DNA of 64,000 bases from contig JBLWGC010000185.1 in assembly GCA_048772705.1 (NCBI GenBank), positions 70,436 to 134,435 on the forward strand, read 5' to 3'. The notes beneath the pieces are model-generated. The model saw only the letters and a program-made list of their open reading frames with translations. It searched no databases and was not told where the DNA came from. Below are positions 44,651 to 57,456 of the stretch, piece after piece; the first letter of the stretch is position 1; the number at the start of each line of letters is the position of its first letter. The stretch comes from Leidyana gryllorum EB-2025a. Lineage: Eukaryota; Protista; Apicomplexa. Made by a program: the position numbers and the translations under genes.

Positions 44651-46034
44651 CTATCGTGGCTTTCCCTTCTGCAACGCTCGGGGCGAGATCAGGTCCCGCC
44701 CTCCTCGTGGACTAACGACTCCCGTTGTCGGATCTACCTCCCAGCTATCACGCCTAGAAAGATCCAAAGCCCCCGGTCTACTACTGGTACCACCTTCTTC
44801 CTCCTCGCTCTCTTCTTCTTCTTCTTCTTCCTCCTCCTCTTCCTCCGAGCTTTCCTCTTCTTCGCTCTCTTCCTCTTCCTCGCTTTCCTCCTCTTCGCTC
44901 TCGTCTTCCTCCTCGTCTTCCCCGGCCTCGGACCCAGCAGCCGGGGTCACGGTCTCTGTCCGGGCGGCAACATTCTCCATCACCTTCTTGACCTCCTGGA
45001 TACCCATTGGGTCAGTGTTGATTTCGTCCACAGTTTTACTCCGCATCGCCTGAATCAGCACAGCCTCACACCAGAATGGCGGAGCCGTCTTGATGCTCTT
45101 CACCTCGTCCGGAATCGGTACCGTGTCGCCCTTCTCCTTGTACATCTCCCATTTGTGCTTATTGAATAACACCTTTGACATCAAAACCTGACTGTACTCT
45201 CCGGTGAAGTCCACTTCCTGAAGCTCCAAAGCGAGCGGCTGCATCGAAAGTGTGTCTGAGAACCGCCCTCTAAACACTCTCAACTCACTATAACGACGAA
45301 CTGGAGGAAACCAGCCTGGGACTTGGCAAAGTCTCCATGGGTCTTCGAGTCACACAGGGGAGAGATCGGCATCTTCAAAGATGCCTCCTCGGCTCCCTGT
45401 TGATAAAACTCCTCTGTCACTCGAAGTGACCAACTCAAATGCTGATTCCACTCCACAAAACCGTGACTCAGATCAGCCATCTTCATACACAGCCTCAACA
45501 CCAATCTATAGAGCGCGAAAACATCACAATATCACACATTGGTCACTCACTGCGCGTCTTCCAAATTGCGCGTGATGTCAAACTTGTCAGAGCTCCGACG
45601 AACCTTAAACTTGCTGATAGACGCAAAATGCTGCGACATATCCGTGATCAATATAAAGTCAATGATGCTCGATCGCACACTCCGGTAATCTGCAACTGAC
45701 AGCTTCTGGAAAACATTCACTTCAGCTCCAATCTGTGCGTAACGGAAAGCCAAGAAACAGTGATAAGACTCCAAAATCGACACATCGTTATACATACGCG
45801 CCAACAGACCACTCTGATTCAGGTAAAAGTTGTTGTTCCGCCCAGGATGCCCAACATCGTGACCCAATGCGCCAATCACCAACGCGAACCGATCCAAATC
45901 TCGAACTCTGCACACAAAAGAAGCAATTGAATCAAGTCCAACCACCCGTTCTCCCCCAACACGTCTCACTCACACGCGATCACAACGGACACATGGAGAC
46001 ACGGACACATGGAGGCACACACACATGGAGACAC

Positions 46035-46067
<33 letters not shown>

Positions 46068-48013
46068 ACTTACTTTGTGTCAATCTGCAGCATTTTGGTA
46101 ATGACCGAAGCCATATGAGCCACCATTGCTCCGTGACAGGCATTATGGTACGGGTTCTTGTGGTAACGACGTTGAATTTGGTAAAGGTATTTGGTGATCA
46201 CAGTCTTGTCGACCTTGATGAGGTCCATCATTGGGAAGAGTAGCGCTTGGCCAAAGTGAACCAGAATGTTGGGATTCTTGTCGAACAGCTGTTGCGCAGA
46301 GAAAGAGAGAGTGATGTATTCAACGTTGACCAAGATGCGTTCAACTTACCGGCAGCAGAGACATGTTGGGGTCCTTCCCAGCCTTCTCCCACACTTCTGG
46401 ATCAACAGTAAAGGTTGGCATAATGTCAGAAGTGAAGAACTCCTGTTGATCGAAAGCCGGCCTTAGACAGTCCTCACCAGTGCGGCGAGCACCGGCACCT
46501 TTGTCTCCGCCTGCGCCGCCTGTGCGTTTGCCGAGTTGGAACATGTTGATGAATCTGTTCTCTTCGGAAGCCTCCACGCCCTCCTGCGGAGCTCCAACCG
46601 CGAAGAGGTCGTCTGTATCGAGCAGAATTTCCACACATTGACGCAAAATCTCATCCAGTTCCAGCAGTCCGGCGTCACCGTGAGCGGAACGCTCGAAGGC
46701 CGCTGCCTGGAGAGTGGTTTGAGTCTTTTTAACAGAGTGGATCAGATCCTCCACAACAGTCTCAGCTTTGCCCTTTTTGCGCTGTTTCTGTGCTTCTCGC
46801 AGTTCTCGCAATCTGATTCTGTCGTCGCGCACATCGATAAACGCGATGCGCTCGGCCATTTCCTTGTGGAGACGTCCAATGTAAGCTTGTGTGATGAGAC
46901 CCAAGACGACCATTGATTGCACCACTCTGACGGGGGGGGTGTGATGTTAGAGACGGTACTTATCGGTTGTCGACTCACCCAGTCAATACAATGGTGGGGA
47001 CAATCTCGCGGGTGCCCAAATCAGTGAAAGTGTAAATGGTCAACACGCGACTCGCGACGTATAGGAGTAACGATAGCACGTGCATATGGAACACCAAATA
47101 TGTCCTGCAAGTAGTATAGTGGTGTCAGTCATTGTAAGAAGGCAACTATTGAACGACGAAGACAAAGACACTATCGGTGGAGACGGAGACGGAGACACAG
47201 ACATTATCGGGACGGAGACACAGACATTATCGGGACGGAGACACAGACAAACACACGGTGTGCAAGAAAGATGGTTGGTTACCTGGTATTCATTAGCTGA
47301 TCGTAGATGGCGAAGAGAAGGAAGAGAATGACGAGGATGGCGGTATCGGACCAGAATTTGAATTGGATGGCACTAAAGACACTGAGGACTGATGACTGTA
47401 GCTGTTCTCGTCTCAGATCGCCATCGACGAGCACAGCAATGAGCCAAAGGATCCATAGAAGATAAAAGGGGAAAGTGCAAAAGTAGCAGGATGCCTCTGG
47501 ATGTGCTTTCATGCATGGGATTGAATTCGAACATCCAAGAAGAATGATGAGGAGAAGGGAAGTGCCATTGCAAAAGTCAAAGATCAGTTTCCAGACATAG
47601 TCATTGATGGCCAGAATCTCTTGCATCATAAGAGCACTGAAGGTGGTCCATATAATGATGATAACTATAGCCAGATATAAACCCGTTATTGGATTCCGAA
47701 ATCTGTATGTCGGTTTAATGGACTCAACATACTCGGCTTCCACCTTGGGATCTTTAAACTTGAGCCAAACACCCAATGACAAATGCGCTTTGTATCGTTG
47801 CCAATGCCTTCCCCCATATGTCTGCCAAATAGCCGCCGCCAAACCTCTGGTGTCTGTCGCTTGCGAGTCCGCTGCAGAGGTGTCGCCTAGAGATTTCGTT
47901 TGCCGACCCCGCTGAAAGGGGTCTCCCGATATATTAGACTCGGCGTGGGCTGCACGGGAACTCGTACGCTCCATACTCTGTGCGGGTAAAGCCCGCGACT
48001 CATTCCTCTCCAT
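44651..48013 (-). CDS. Membrane-anchored class I cyclic nucleotide phosphodiesterase (copy 2), multi-exon, acidic C-terminal tail
   Basis: TM segments, then PYHNACHGAMVAH, GHDVGHPGRNNNF, LESYH, TDMSQHF, KMADLSH, EFYQQG, KSQAGF and a poly-Glu tract. Confidence 0.9.
47188..47249. repeat. 23-nt intronic tandem repeat (GACGGAGACACAGACATTATCGG) x~2.7
   Basis: Directly visible in a PDE copy 2 intron. Confidence 0.85.
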
Positions 48014-48072
48014 CAAATAGTGTACAAACAACCAAAGGTGCACGCGCGTGGTGCGCACTTGAGCTTTGATGC

Positions 48073-51000
48073 TCATGCAGTATTCGCAAGGCTTTCCAGA
48101 AACTTCTCGTACCGCACTGATACTTCTATCACAGTGTCAGAAAACTCACGAGGACAACGACTCCTCAGCTCCCGTAAATACTGCTGTGCTCGACTCGTAT
48201 CGATCGCATAAGGATCCTCCCTACAGTACACCTCAACTCCCAAATCCATCTCCAAATGCCGATCCTCCAAGCTGTCCATTAGCAACGCACGACTTAGCTT
48301 ACTTCGCCCGCTCTCAAACGATTGAGCGTCGGCTGCTGTCGCCAATACGCGGTCACGGGGCTCAGCCCGCATTGGGTCCGCTAATGAACTCAATAACCCC
48401 TGTAGCCCCAGGAAGAACGGCGGACATTCACAAACCGCCACATCCTCTACCAACACTCGACCACCCACAGAAAATACCCATGGCCCGCATGCTTTAGCCT
48501 CACGTCGACGGTCACTTATTTTCAAAAGTGTGTCGATTCCTCCTGTCGTGTGCAGCAGATAATCCCATCTGTGACAGTCCTCAGTTGTCAACAATACTGG
48601 AGTCTGACGGACAGCCACATCAAATGGCTTGCAATCAGCCGCCTTTGCCGCTGACCCATCACCACCACCCTGTATTCTCTGTAGCCGGCTATCCACAGTC
48701 TGCAGCACTGCCCCAAAAGCGCCCGTGATCTGATATACCATCAAAGACGTCATATAAGCCGTCCTTTCACGACTGATTTCGCCACTCTTGATGCATAAAT
48801 ACAGGCACATCTGCGAAATAGCAATAGCACACACGTGTGTGTCTCGTTCCAAATGTCCATTCTACTTACCTGAAGACATGCGAGCTGCTTTTGACGGCTC
48901 AACCGACGCATAGACGCAACCAATTCGTGACACTTGAGCTTCCAAAGCTTTTCGTCTCCTCCTTCAGTTAACATGTCTTCCATCTTCCGATGTACCAAAT
49001 CGATCTCTATCTGTCCTTGAAGGTGCAGATAGATCAATGTTGAGGGAGGAAGATTCCGAACCGCACTCAATTGCCCGTCCTGTACTTCCCAATAGTGCTG
49101 CATCACCTTTACATCCTTCTTGTCTTTCAGCTTCTGAATTTGAGACATCAGGAGCGCTACGCTTCCCAGCACCGGCTCGGAATTTCCATAATCTCGAACC
49201 ACGGGATAGACGAAGTTCTTGAGAATCCCCGATAGACATTCCAGAACGGCTTTGCGGGACAGTTGCGCATAAAGACTCATCTGACTTTGAGCCACCACAG
49301 ATTCCGTCCCTGTTTCAGCTTCTTTCACCGTCACCATGGCTCGTTTCAGTGTCTGTCGCCATGCCAGAGGCACTAAACGAGCGGTGGCATTCTCGCGGAG
49401 TGACCGCTCCACCTCGGAGTCGTCTTCATTATTCACGGTGTGCTGTGCCAACAGGACCAAACTTGTCAGCTGGCGAATGACAATGATCTCATAGATCCCG
49501 TCTGGACCACCCTCCGGAGCAAGATCTGATTGGTTCCGAGGTTCTCGGCAGGTCCTGAGCAACGATGCCAACCAGTCCCGCGGGGGAAGCACCAGGGCCA
49601 AGGGTAAGAGGGACAGCATGACAAAGTGTGCTCTCAGCCGACGACTCAACGGATGTGACCAAAAGGCCAATGATACATCACTCAAGAGCGATGCCAACGA
49701 ATTGTCCTTGGGGCAGTGCGCGATACACAGCTTCCACAATGCGATGATTGCATTTTCAACAGAAACATCACTGGGATCTTTGATGTGAGCAGTGATGTAC
49801 TCGTCGGCGAGTGGGGCTAAGATCTGTCTCAAGTTCAGATCTGGCAGCACAGATACGGTGGTTAAGGCTTCCAATAGAGTAGTGCGCTCCGCAATGCCAG
49901 CCCCACTGTCCGACTTGAGGCGAACCATCGCCCATCGGGCCAAATTGTCGTGAGGGAGCGAATCCAATGTCAGTGAGGGATCTCTGAAGCGTCCTTTGGA
50001 ATGTAGGATCGAATAGTGACTGACTCACCGATAGCATCGCAGGACTTGGTGCAGCACTCCCAAGAAATGTATACCAACTGGAGAGGCATTCTGCATAGAA
50101 ACTTTGGTCGCTTCTTCTGCAGCAGGACCGGCAGAAGCGCCCGCCCGGAGTGAGAATGCTTTGCGGGTATTGGCGAGCCAGAAGATCAATGCTTTCCCGG
50201 CGAGTTCTCTCTGCGGTCCGACTGGGATCTTCGCCATTGTGAAGAAGACTTGAATGGGCTGTTGAAGATGATTTTTGAGATCACCCGGTTGCTGCAGGAG
50301 CGATGGCAGAATGGTCTGAATGCCCAACAGCGAGAATGCGCCGAGGATAGGACAGAGTTTCTCGCTTTCCACAGCGAAACTGCCCAAATTCAATTCCATC
50401 AAAGCGTTGAGTTGAGAGAGGGTCAAAGACCGCACTTTGTTGCGATCATTGACATCCAGTGAGATTGCCCCACCCAACAATTGGCACCGCGCCCAATACC
50501 TCCAGGCTGCGCTCTGTGCGACTGGAGCCATCGCGTCCATCGCTTCGTCCATATCTTGAACAGTGGCTGGACAAAGTGATTAAAAGAGCGCAGCTGAAAA
50601 GACTCACCAGAACCCAGTTGGGTGAGACGGGGCAGTACAGCAGCGGTCCAGATAGCTCCGTGATCAGCCTGGTCTTTCAAGTTGATTCCCTTTGCCGTTT
50701 CTGCGATTTTACGCAGTAACGCGGGGTCGAAGGTGGTATTGAGGATGTGGAGATCAGCATAGGCCAGAATGACGTACTGCAGGGGCGCAGCAGAGTCTTG
50801 GGCGATGAGCAAAAGTACGTCTCTGATCGCTCCCGCCTCCGCGGGATGACTGAACCCTTTGAGAGCGGCTTCGCTGGCGATGCCCAGCGTTCCGGCGGCC
50901 AGGATGAGGCGGCGGGGTGGTGATTCGGGTCCAGTGTGGAAGGCAACGTTTCTCTGTCGCAGATTGCAGATAGGCTGTACAGCGTGTCGCCGGAGGCCTC

Positions 51001-54000
51001 CAAAGGCAGCGACTGCGTCAAAACAGGTGTTGGCGTACTCGGGTACCCCGTTGACGAGGTGGATGGTGGATAGCACAGTGGCACTAATGGCGAAGACGAA
51101 TCCCGAGGTCATAACGGACTCGGTGCGGTCGAGTTCTGGGGCCGACATGTTGTTGATGGCTGCCTGCATATAGTCCAGGAGTCGGCCTGCGATATGAGAC
51201 GCAACGGCGGCGTTGACGAGTGCCAATCCTCCAAAGGCCAGCAGTATTTTGACCAGCGAGTCCATATTCTTTGATGGCGACACAGTGGGGTCAGCATTGG
51301 CCTGGTGCTGGTTGTTGGCAGATTTAGCTGTGGGGGATTTGACTGTATCCCACAAGAATGAGTTGAGATAGTTGTAGATGTCCCAGGCGGACTCTGTGAC
51401 ACTGGTCATTGTGCAGGCGCTCAGATATCTGCGGTGTTGGAATGATTTTGTGGGGACATCAAAGTGTGGCTCACCGAGCGAAGAGAGGGCGGAATTGGTG
51501 TTGCACTGCGGTGTACCATAAAAGTAGACAAGTTTCCCATTGCGCTGGGCATTCTGCATTGTCGCGGGCGTCACTGAGAGTCATTGGAGCCATTGGTGCC
51601 GAGTTGAAGACGATACGTTTCAAGAGGGCTTTGAATCGTTCCTTTCGCTCGGCTGTTGCCCCAGCGGCGTTGTCTCCGCTGCTCGTTGGCGGGCTGTAGA
51701 GGACCAATTCTGCGAGCGGAATGAGGTCCTTTGAAGGGGAGACGGCGAATCGCGGGTGTAAGGCGCGGCTGGACATCCCAATCAACGGGTGGTTGACGTT
51801 TCCCACTGTAAGAGGGCGGTGGGTATGAGAGTGACGCTATGGAGTGGCTCACCTTTTCGGAGTCGGTGACCGATGGCGTCCCGATGCACTCCCATTAATT
51901 GGTGTAGGGCCAATGTGGGGATATCCTGAAGGGTTATATCCCCGTTGGTAAGAAGTTTGAGAAAGTTGGATGGAGTCTCCAGTCCAGCGTATGGGCCCAG
52001 ATAGATGGGCTGAGAGAGGTAAACCCCTAACGGATCGTCGCTGGCGTCAGCCAGAGCCAATCGATGGGTTTCTCTGAGGAGGGGTAGAAGGGTTTGAACC
52101 ACAGCTGCTCGACGTCCACTGTCCCAGTTAGTTGTGAGCCATGGAGTGAGGGTTTTGAGGACATCGTCCTCAATCCAATCGCCGTCGTCCTCCGGCAGCG
52201 GCTCATTTTTGACGACTTTCAGAAAGCGGGGCAAAGTATTACCGTCGACAAATTGGCTCAACAAACTGCTCAGCCACGTCGAGCCCTTCACGTCTGTGAC
52301 TCGCTGCATCCACTGGAGGCCGGGGCGCAGAATCAGCATATCGTAGAAATCTTTGGTTTGGGCAGCCCCGACATAGAGAAGGCGGTTCGCCAGTCTCAAT
52401 GCCAGCGCCCGGTCCTTTTCACACAGCTGTGAACCCCACAAAGGCGCCAAGAGGTTCTTTTGAAATGTCGAATACACAGAGACCGGCTCGATCTCCGCGG
52501 CTTCGATCAGATACGAGATCCCCCGATCTTCAGCGGTCACCAATGCACAAAACTTGGAATAGGGCAATCCATCTTGAGCAAACAGTCTCACGCCCATCAG
52601 TCCGGCCAAACTCTGTGATTCAGTGCCACCGCTCTCCTTATTTGCACGAGTGATCGCCTCGCAGGCAGAGAGGACCATTTTGTAAATGGTCTGTGAAAGA
52701 TAAATGATAGTGACCAACGGAGAGGTGAACTCACAGGAGCCAATTGGCGATCTCTGGAGAGACTGGCCAAACAGATTAAGCTCACGATATCCTTCTGATC
52801 TATCGCTCGTTGGTGGAGAATCGGAGCGTTCTCCGCCAGAGCGAAGGCCGCCGGACTGGCCTTACTCAAGACGATCGGACGATTTGTCTCCAAATTAGCC
52901 ACACACACTGGCTGCGAGGTCCAGGCCAAAAGCTGTGTCATAATACCCAAACACAGGGGAGACGAGCGGTCTTGGTGGTAAAATAAGAGCCCTCCCAAGA
53001 GCGCTCGCAAGATGGGACTGAAAGGTGCGCCCGTCAAGGGCGACAACGCGTGCCAAGCTGCAACATTGTCACTCTTGCTCAGACGGAATAAAGGTGAAAA
53101 TAAGTCCAACAGGTCGCAAATGAGCGACAGCTCGGGCGTAGGGCAATAGTGGCCCCATACTGCGTACCACGTTTCCAGCGGCTTTTGCGATAACACGCAC
53201 TCTGATTTCTCGCTCAACCCTTGCAGTGCTTGGACTTTTATGAGCTCCAGTTTAGCCGCCACAGCGGAAGCTGGGAACCGCTGAAGCATTAATCGACTCA
53301 GTACCAATGCCAAACTGGACATCATCGCCACATTTGTGGTCTCCAACGAAGAAGCCATTATCTGCAACCCGTGCACTGCTTCCAGTGCCAACAATGTGTC
53401 TTCTTCGGGAATGGGTTGACGAATTAGCCCGTCCACCAGACGCATCATCAGGGCCGCTCGCATATTGTCTACTGCCAAGACTTCAACAGAGTCATGGGTG
53501 ATCGGCTGTAGCATGGGAACAAGATGCGACCGTGTCAATCGGATTAGGGAGGCCAATGGTTGCGGATCACCGAAACTTAGGAGCTCCAGAACCAGAAAGA
53601 AGATCCGGCGTGATGATTCAACGCGGATTTGTTCATCCACGATCCCCTGGAGACACCGAAAGAGTGTGTGGCACACACGTTCGAGCTCTGTGGGTCCTGC
53701 TTTGTTGATGCATTCAAAGTAATTGAACTTGATACAACTCCTGAACAGCTGGAGACGCGACACTTCAGAGGATAGATATCGAGTTACGCTCTCGAAAACG
53801 TGCGGAAAGGACGGTCTCTGTCAGACAAGTTGTGTTGTTCTGTGATCATATCATTGATGATGGCTTACATCCCGAACAGCCAAGGGCAGTAGTTTGTCGA
53901 GGAAGAACTCGATCAAGAAGGTTTCAGCAGCTGCATTGCGCTCGCCTCCTAGACAGAAGGAGGATCGCAGATCCGCCCACACGAAGCCCGCAAGAGTTCG

Positions 54001-54575
54001 GTCGGCGATGACCAGCCTCTCGAGGAGATAGCAAACTTCATCTGCTTCGGACTTGATGGCGCCATGATGGATGGCGTGGAGAGCTCTTTTGACGAAGATT
54101 GAGATGAGCGGACAGAGGTTGGGGGCTTTAGTGGCGACTAAAGCCGTGAACTCGTTCATGAGGGTGCGAAAGGGCACTCCATTGGCCTCCACGAGCCTGA
54201 ACAAGCCATCAACATAGAGCTGTGCTCTGCCTCCGAGCGTTGCTGTACTGGGGCCGGTTGCGAGTGAGGCCACTGGGAGAAAGGAGGAGAAGGTTTGGGT
54301 GGGAGATACTATCGGGTCTTACATCGTCCCATGAGGCGGGCTTGCAGCATTTTGGCGTTGGCAGCATCCTTTAGGACTCGTGTGTCTTCATTGACACATA
54401 GGGCGAGGAGCTTATTGATAGCGGACTGAGCGACCATAGGAACGACCGATAGATGGAGGTTCTCATCGCAGCTCCAGGATGTGACATCGCCAGTGATAGA
54501 GCTGATGTCTTTGACAGCATTTTCCTGCCATTCGAGTCGAGTCCAGGCCTCTTTGAAGTCCTTAGGTACGGACAT
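48073..54575 (-). CDS. Large (~2000 aa) Leu-rich alpha-solenoid (HEAT/ARM-like) protein, multi-exon
   Basis: A chain of long minus-strand ORFs separated by short GT-AG introns, with helical Leu/Ala-rich composition. The family was not identified. Confidence 0.6.
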
Positions 54576-54678
54576 TCAAAAAGCTGAAAAGGGTCGTGGG
54601 CTCTGTGCTTGGTATACGGACCGGTTCAACATGTACAGCGATGAGGGAGTCTTTTGATTGTTGTAAGTTGTCCGAAAA

Positions 54679-55374
54679 ATGCCGAAACGAGCAGCGGTAA
54701 ATCAGCCTGAAGGCGGAGAAGGTACGAAGCGAACGCGAAGTGGGAGCAAAGACATAACCCCACCCGCCAAAGAGAAAAGGGTTACGCCTGTGAGGGGTGC
54801 TGTATTGCCGATTCTGACTGCCAACAAAGTGGATGGCCAAGGCTGCACCATTGCTCGAATATTCAGATTAGGCAATGTCGAGTTTGTCCGGAATGATGTG
54901 GAGGAAGACTACAATGCGCGGCATTCCACAACCGGCACTTTGCCCATGTTGGAAGTTGCAGGCCGAGTCTACACCGAGTATCTGGCCATACTGCTGTATG
55001 CGGCCAACCGAGCTGGCCTGGAGCCCGTTGACCCTCTCGATCAGATGAGAGTGGTGAACATTCTGCGGTACATGGAGCGTCTGTGGCCCATCACCTGGAA
55101 GGCTATGGCTCCGGCGGGAACGCCCTCACAACGGGAGGCGGTCGAAGAGCTCTGCACGCACCTCAAAAAGCTCGACAGATTAGTTGGCGACGGAATGCGA
55201 GATGGCTATTGTGTCAACGGCAAATTAACAGCCGCAGACATTGCTATTTGGGGCTGTGCTGTGTTCTACCAGGTGAACCCCGCGCAGCTTCCTATCCCGA
55301 AAGTGTCGACAGACTGTCCCAATCTGTGGGCAGTACGTCACAATGTGGAACAGAAACACCCCGAAGTCCCATAG
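54679..55374 (+). CDS. Glutathione S-transferase-fold protein (atypical active site)
   Basis: GTLPMLEVAGRVYTEYLAILLYAANRAGL (cis-Pro loop/helix 3) and YCVNGKLTAADIAI (N-capping box). Intronless. Confidence 0.8.
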   Translation: MPKRAAVNQPEGGEGTKRTRSGSKDITPPAKEKRVTPVRGAVLPILTANKVDGQGCTIARIFRLGNVEFVRNDVEEDYNARHSTTGTLPMLEVAGRVYTEYLAILLYAANRAGLEPVDPLDQMRVVNILRYMERLWPITWKAMAPAGTPSQREAVEELCTHLKKLDRLVGDGMRDGYCVNGKLTAADIAIWGCAVFYQVNPAQLPIPKVSTDCPNLWAVRHNVEQKHPEVP

Positions 55375-55582
55375 TTACTACGCCGTCGTCGTCATTGTGG
55401 TGGTGTGTGTAGATGCGTGTTATCGGTGGTGCTTTGCGCGACATACTGGAACCAAAGATTTGATAGTGAACTCCTTTGCCTCAAAATGTGCGATCCAACT
55501 CGCGTGAATCCCAAATTGTGCAGTGACACCCGAAACGGACGCATGTAATGTGTCAAACTGTGAATACCGAAGAGAATCCAAT

Positions 55583-56141
55583 ATGTGTAAGTGATGAAAA
55601 GAGACCGATTGATATGTCTTGTGTGGCAGCGGCATACGAAGTAGAATTGATCAATTTCGAACCTCAAGAGATGACCGCTTTGGTCAGAGACTTCCACGGA
55701 CACTATAAGGACGCTCTGGATGAGCGAGCTAAAGTCCAGCAAGACTTTGCTGGAAAGCCGCATCTGGAACAAGAGCGGTTCGTCATGCTCATGTTCGACG
55801 ATCCCCATCAGTGTCCCAAGGACAAGTGCCTCTCATCAGTCGGATATGTTTGTGGCTCCAATGCACCCGAGAACGAACCCACGCCCGAGTACAAGAAGAA
55901 AGACCTCAAGGGCGCCTTCGCTCGAGTGAAGACCAACAAGAAGAAGGCTGAGGATCTCGGTGAGATCCAATGCTACCTGTGGAAGACTTATCTGCCGGAG
56001 AACAATATCACCCCTCGCACTGGAGAGGAAGATTTCTGTCTACAGATCGTCCATACGGGCGACGGGGATGTGGAAGTCCTCAATGAAGTACTCGTGCCCA
56101 TAGACGCTTCCCACGTCACCGAGAAGCAGAAGAAAGAGTAG
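55583..56141 (+). CDS. GyrI-like small-molecule-binding protein 1 (no signal peptide)
   Basis: ATG T|intron 55587-55629|CG gives MSAYEVELINFEP...FHGHY...MFDDPHQCPKDKCLSSVG...YLWKTYLPE...EVLVPI. Confidence 0.75.
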
Positions 56142-56225
56142 ACTGCGCCAAGGGGAATAACTGTTCATAAACGAAGCATACACAAGGAGGCTCTTTCATC
56201 AATTAACTCAATACTCCCAATGTAG

Positions 56226-56590
56226 TACTTTCTGATTCTACCATACCAGGCTTATGACTGATTGTGAAGGGTAACCGACAGGATTGAGTTGAATATTAAG
56301 CGCCATGACTGGCCGTAAAGCCTTCGCGGTGGCATTAAAGTCGTATCTTGCGGTTTCTCTTACCCGCAATCTTTGCCACACACGCGTGTGCTACTTTCGG
56401 ACGATGGGTTTAGGTGGGTCAACCCATGCTACAAGACTCATTATTGTTACAATTGGCACGGAATTGGTTGCCGAACCGCAATCCAGTCTATCTACCTGCA
56501 CACTGTAAGGACATCGGCGGATGTGTGACGATGTCCCGGAAAGCGTACATTGCAGCGTGGGAACGAGTCTGAGTGCTAATCGGTGTTTTT
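56226..56590 (+). ncRNA. Candidate structured non-coding RNA (unassigned)
   Basis: Unusually long spacer with several perfect hairpins, box C-like GTGACGA (56525), box D CTGA (56569) and T5 (56586). The strand is a guess. Confidence 0.3.
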
Positions 56591-56683
56591 ACGGTGTCGT
56601 TACGGCGTCTGGAGAGAGCACAGCGCGATGTGTGGGTGTGGAAGGTCTCGTTTTTCGATGTCCCTGTGAGGGTCGCCCGGGGT

Positions 56684-57435
56684 ATGAAGAGTGTGTTTAG
56701 CGCGCTGATCGGTCTGGCGCTGGCTTACGAGTTGCCTGAGTGGCTATTCAGAGGCGTTGAGACACCATGGCGACAGTTGCCGCGGGTGATCGGAGTGGGT
56801 CAGGACGAAGCATGTGAGTGACTGGAAGTCGATCGACAGGTCTGAATGACATGGGTACAGTTTCGTTACAGAAGCCGCGCGTTAGGAACTACAAGGACGG
56901 CATACCGTGTGTGTGCAGTTATTCGGCGGAGACAAGTTTCTCGGAGGTATTATTGCGAGCGTCTCACTTGAAGCACTTTGCGGCTTTGAATGGGTTGTTG
57001 GCTTCGACATCGCACCCACGTCGGTGGTTCGTGCTGATGGACGTGCCATTGCCGAGCAATTTGGATCCCTACAGTATGGACTTTGAGAGTGTGATCTGTG
57101 TGGACATTGACAGTGTGGGGATGAAGCGTTCTGAGTTTCGTTACGTTCGGAACGACACTGACATTGGTTACATTGGTTTCGGTAACTATTTGTCGGTATT
57201 ATTTGAAGGGCCGCGGGCGTCTTTACCGAAGGCGATTCATCAGCTGCTTACATCGACGGAGGTGGTTGACCGGCGATTGGATCGTCACCGTCCGATAATT
57301 GAGGAGGTGTCTCCCCATTCAATGACAAAAGCATTGAGTCGTCATGTTGTACCGGCGGAGCGAGTGAGTAGCGATGTGCCATTGCCGTGGATTCATATTC
57401 CGTCTCGTTCGGTTTTGTGGATACCGATCCTGTGA
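56684..57435 (+). CDS. GyrI-like protein 2, secreted, two exons
   Basis: Signal-like MKSVFSALIGLALA, then GNYLSVLFEGPRASLPKAIHQL...RPIIEE...VLWIPI, matching the second GyrI half. Confidence 0.6.
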
Positions 57436-57456
57436 GACTTTTCTTCCTCCGAGTCA

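Noticed and set aside
48073-54575. Naming the solenoid protein HEATR5/Laa1
   Set aside because: Size fits but no diagnostic motif was recognised.
56406-56414. GGGTTTAGG as telomeric repeat or telomerase RNA template
   Set aside because: A single 9-mer, partly buried in a hairpin; similar words occur elsewhere (e.g. near 21027).
56277-56491. RNase P RNA (CR-I/CR-IV/CR-V-like words)
   Set aside because: CR-I lacks GGAA and I could not build convincing P1/P2/P3 helices; left as an unassigned candidate ncRNA.
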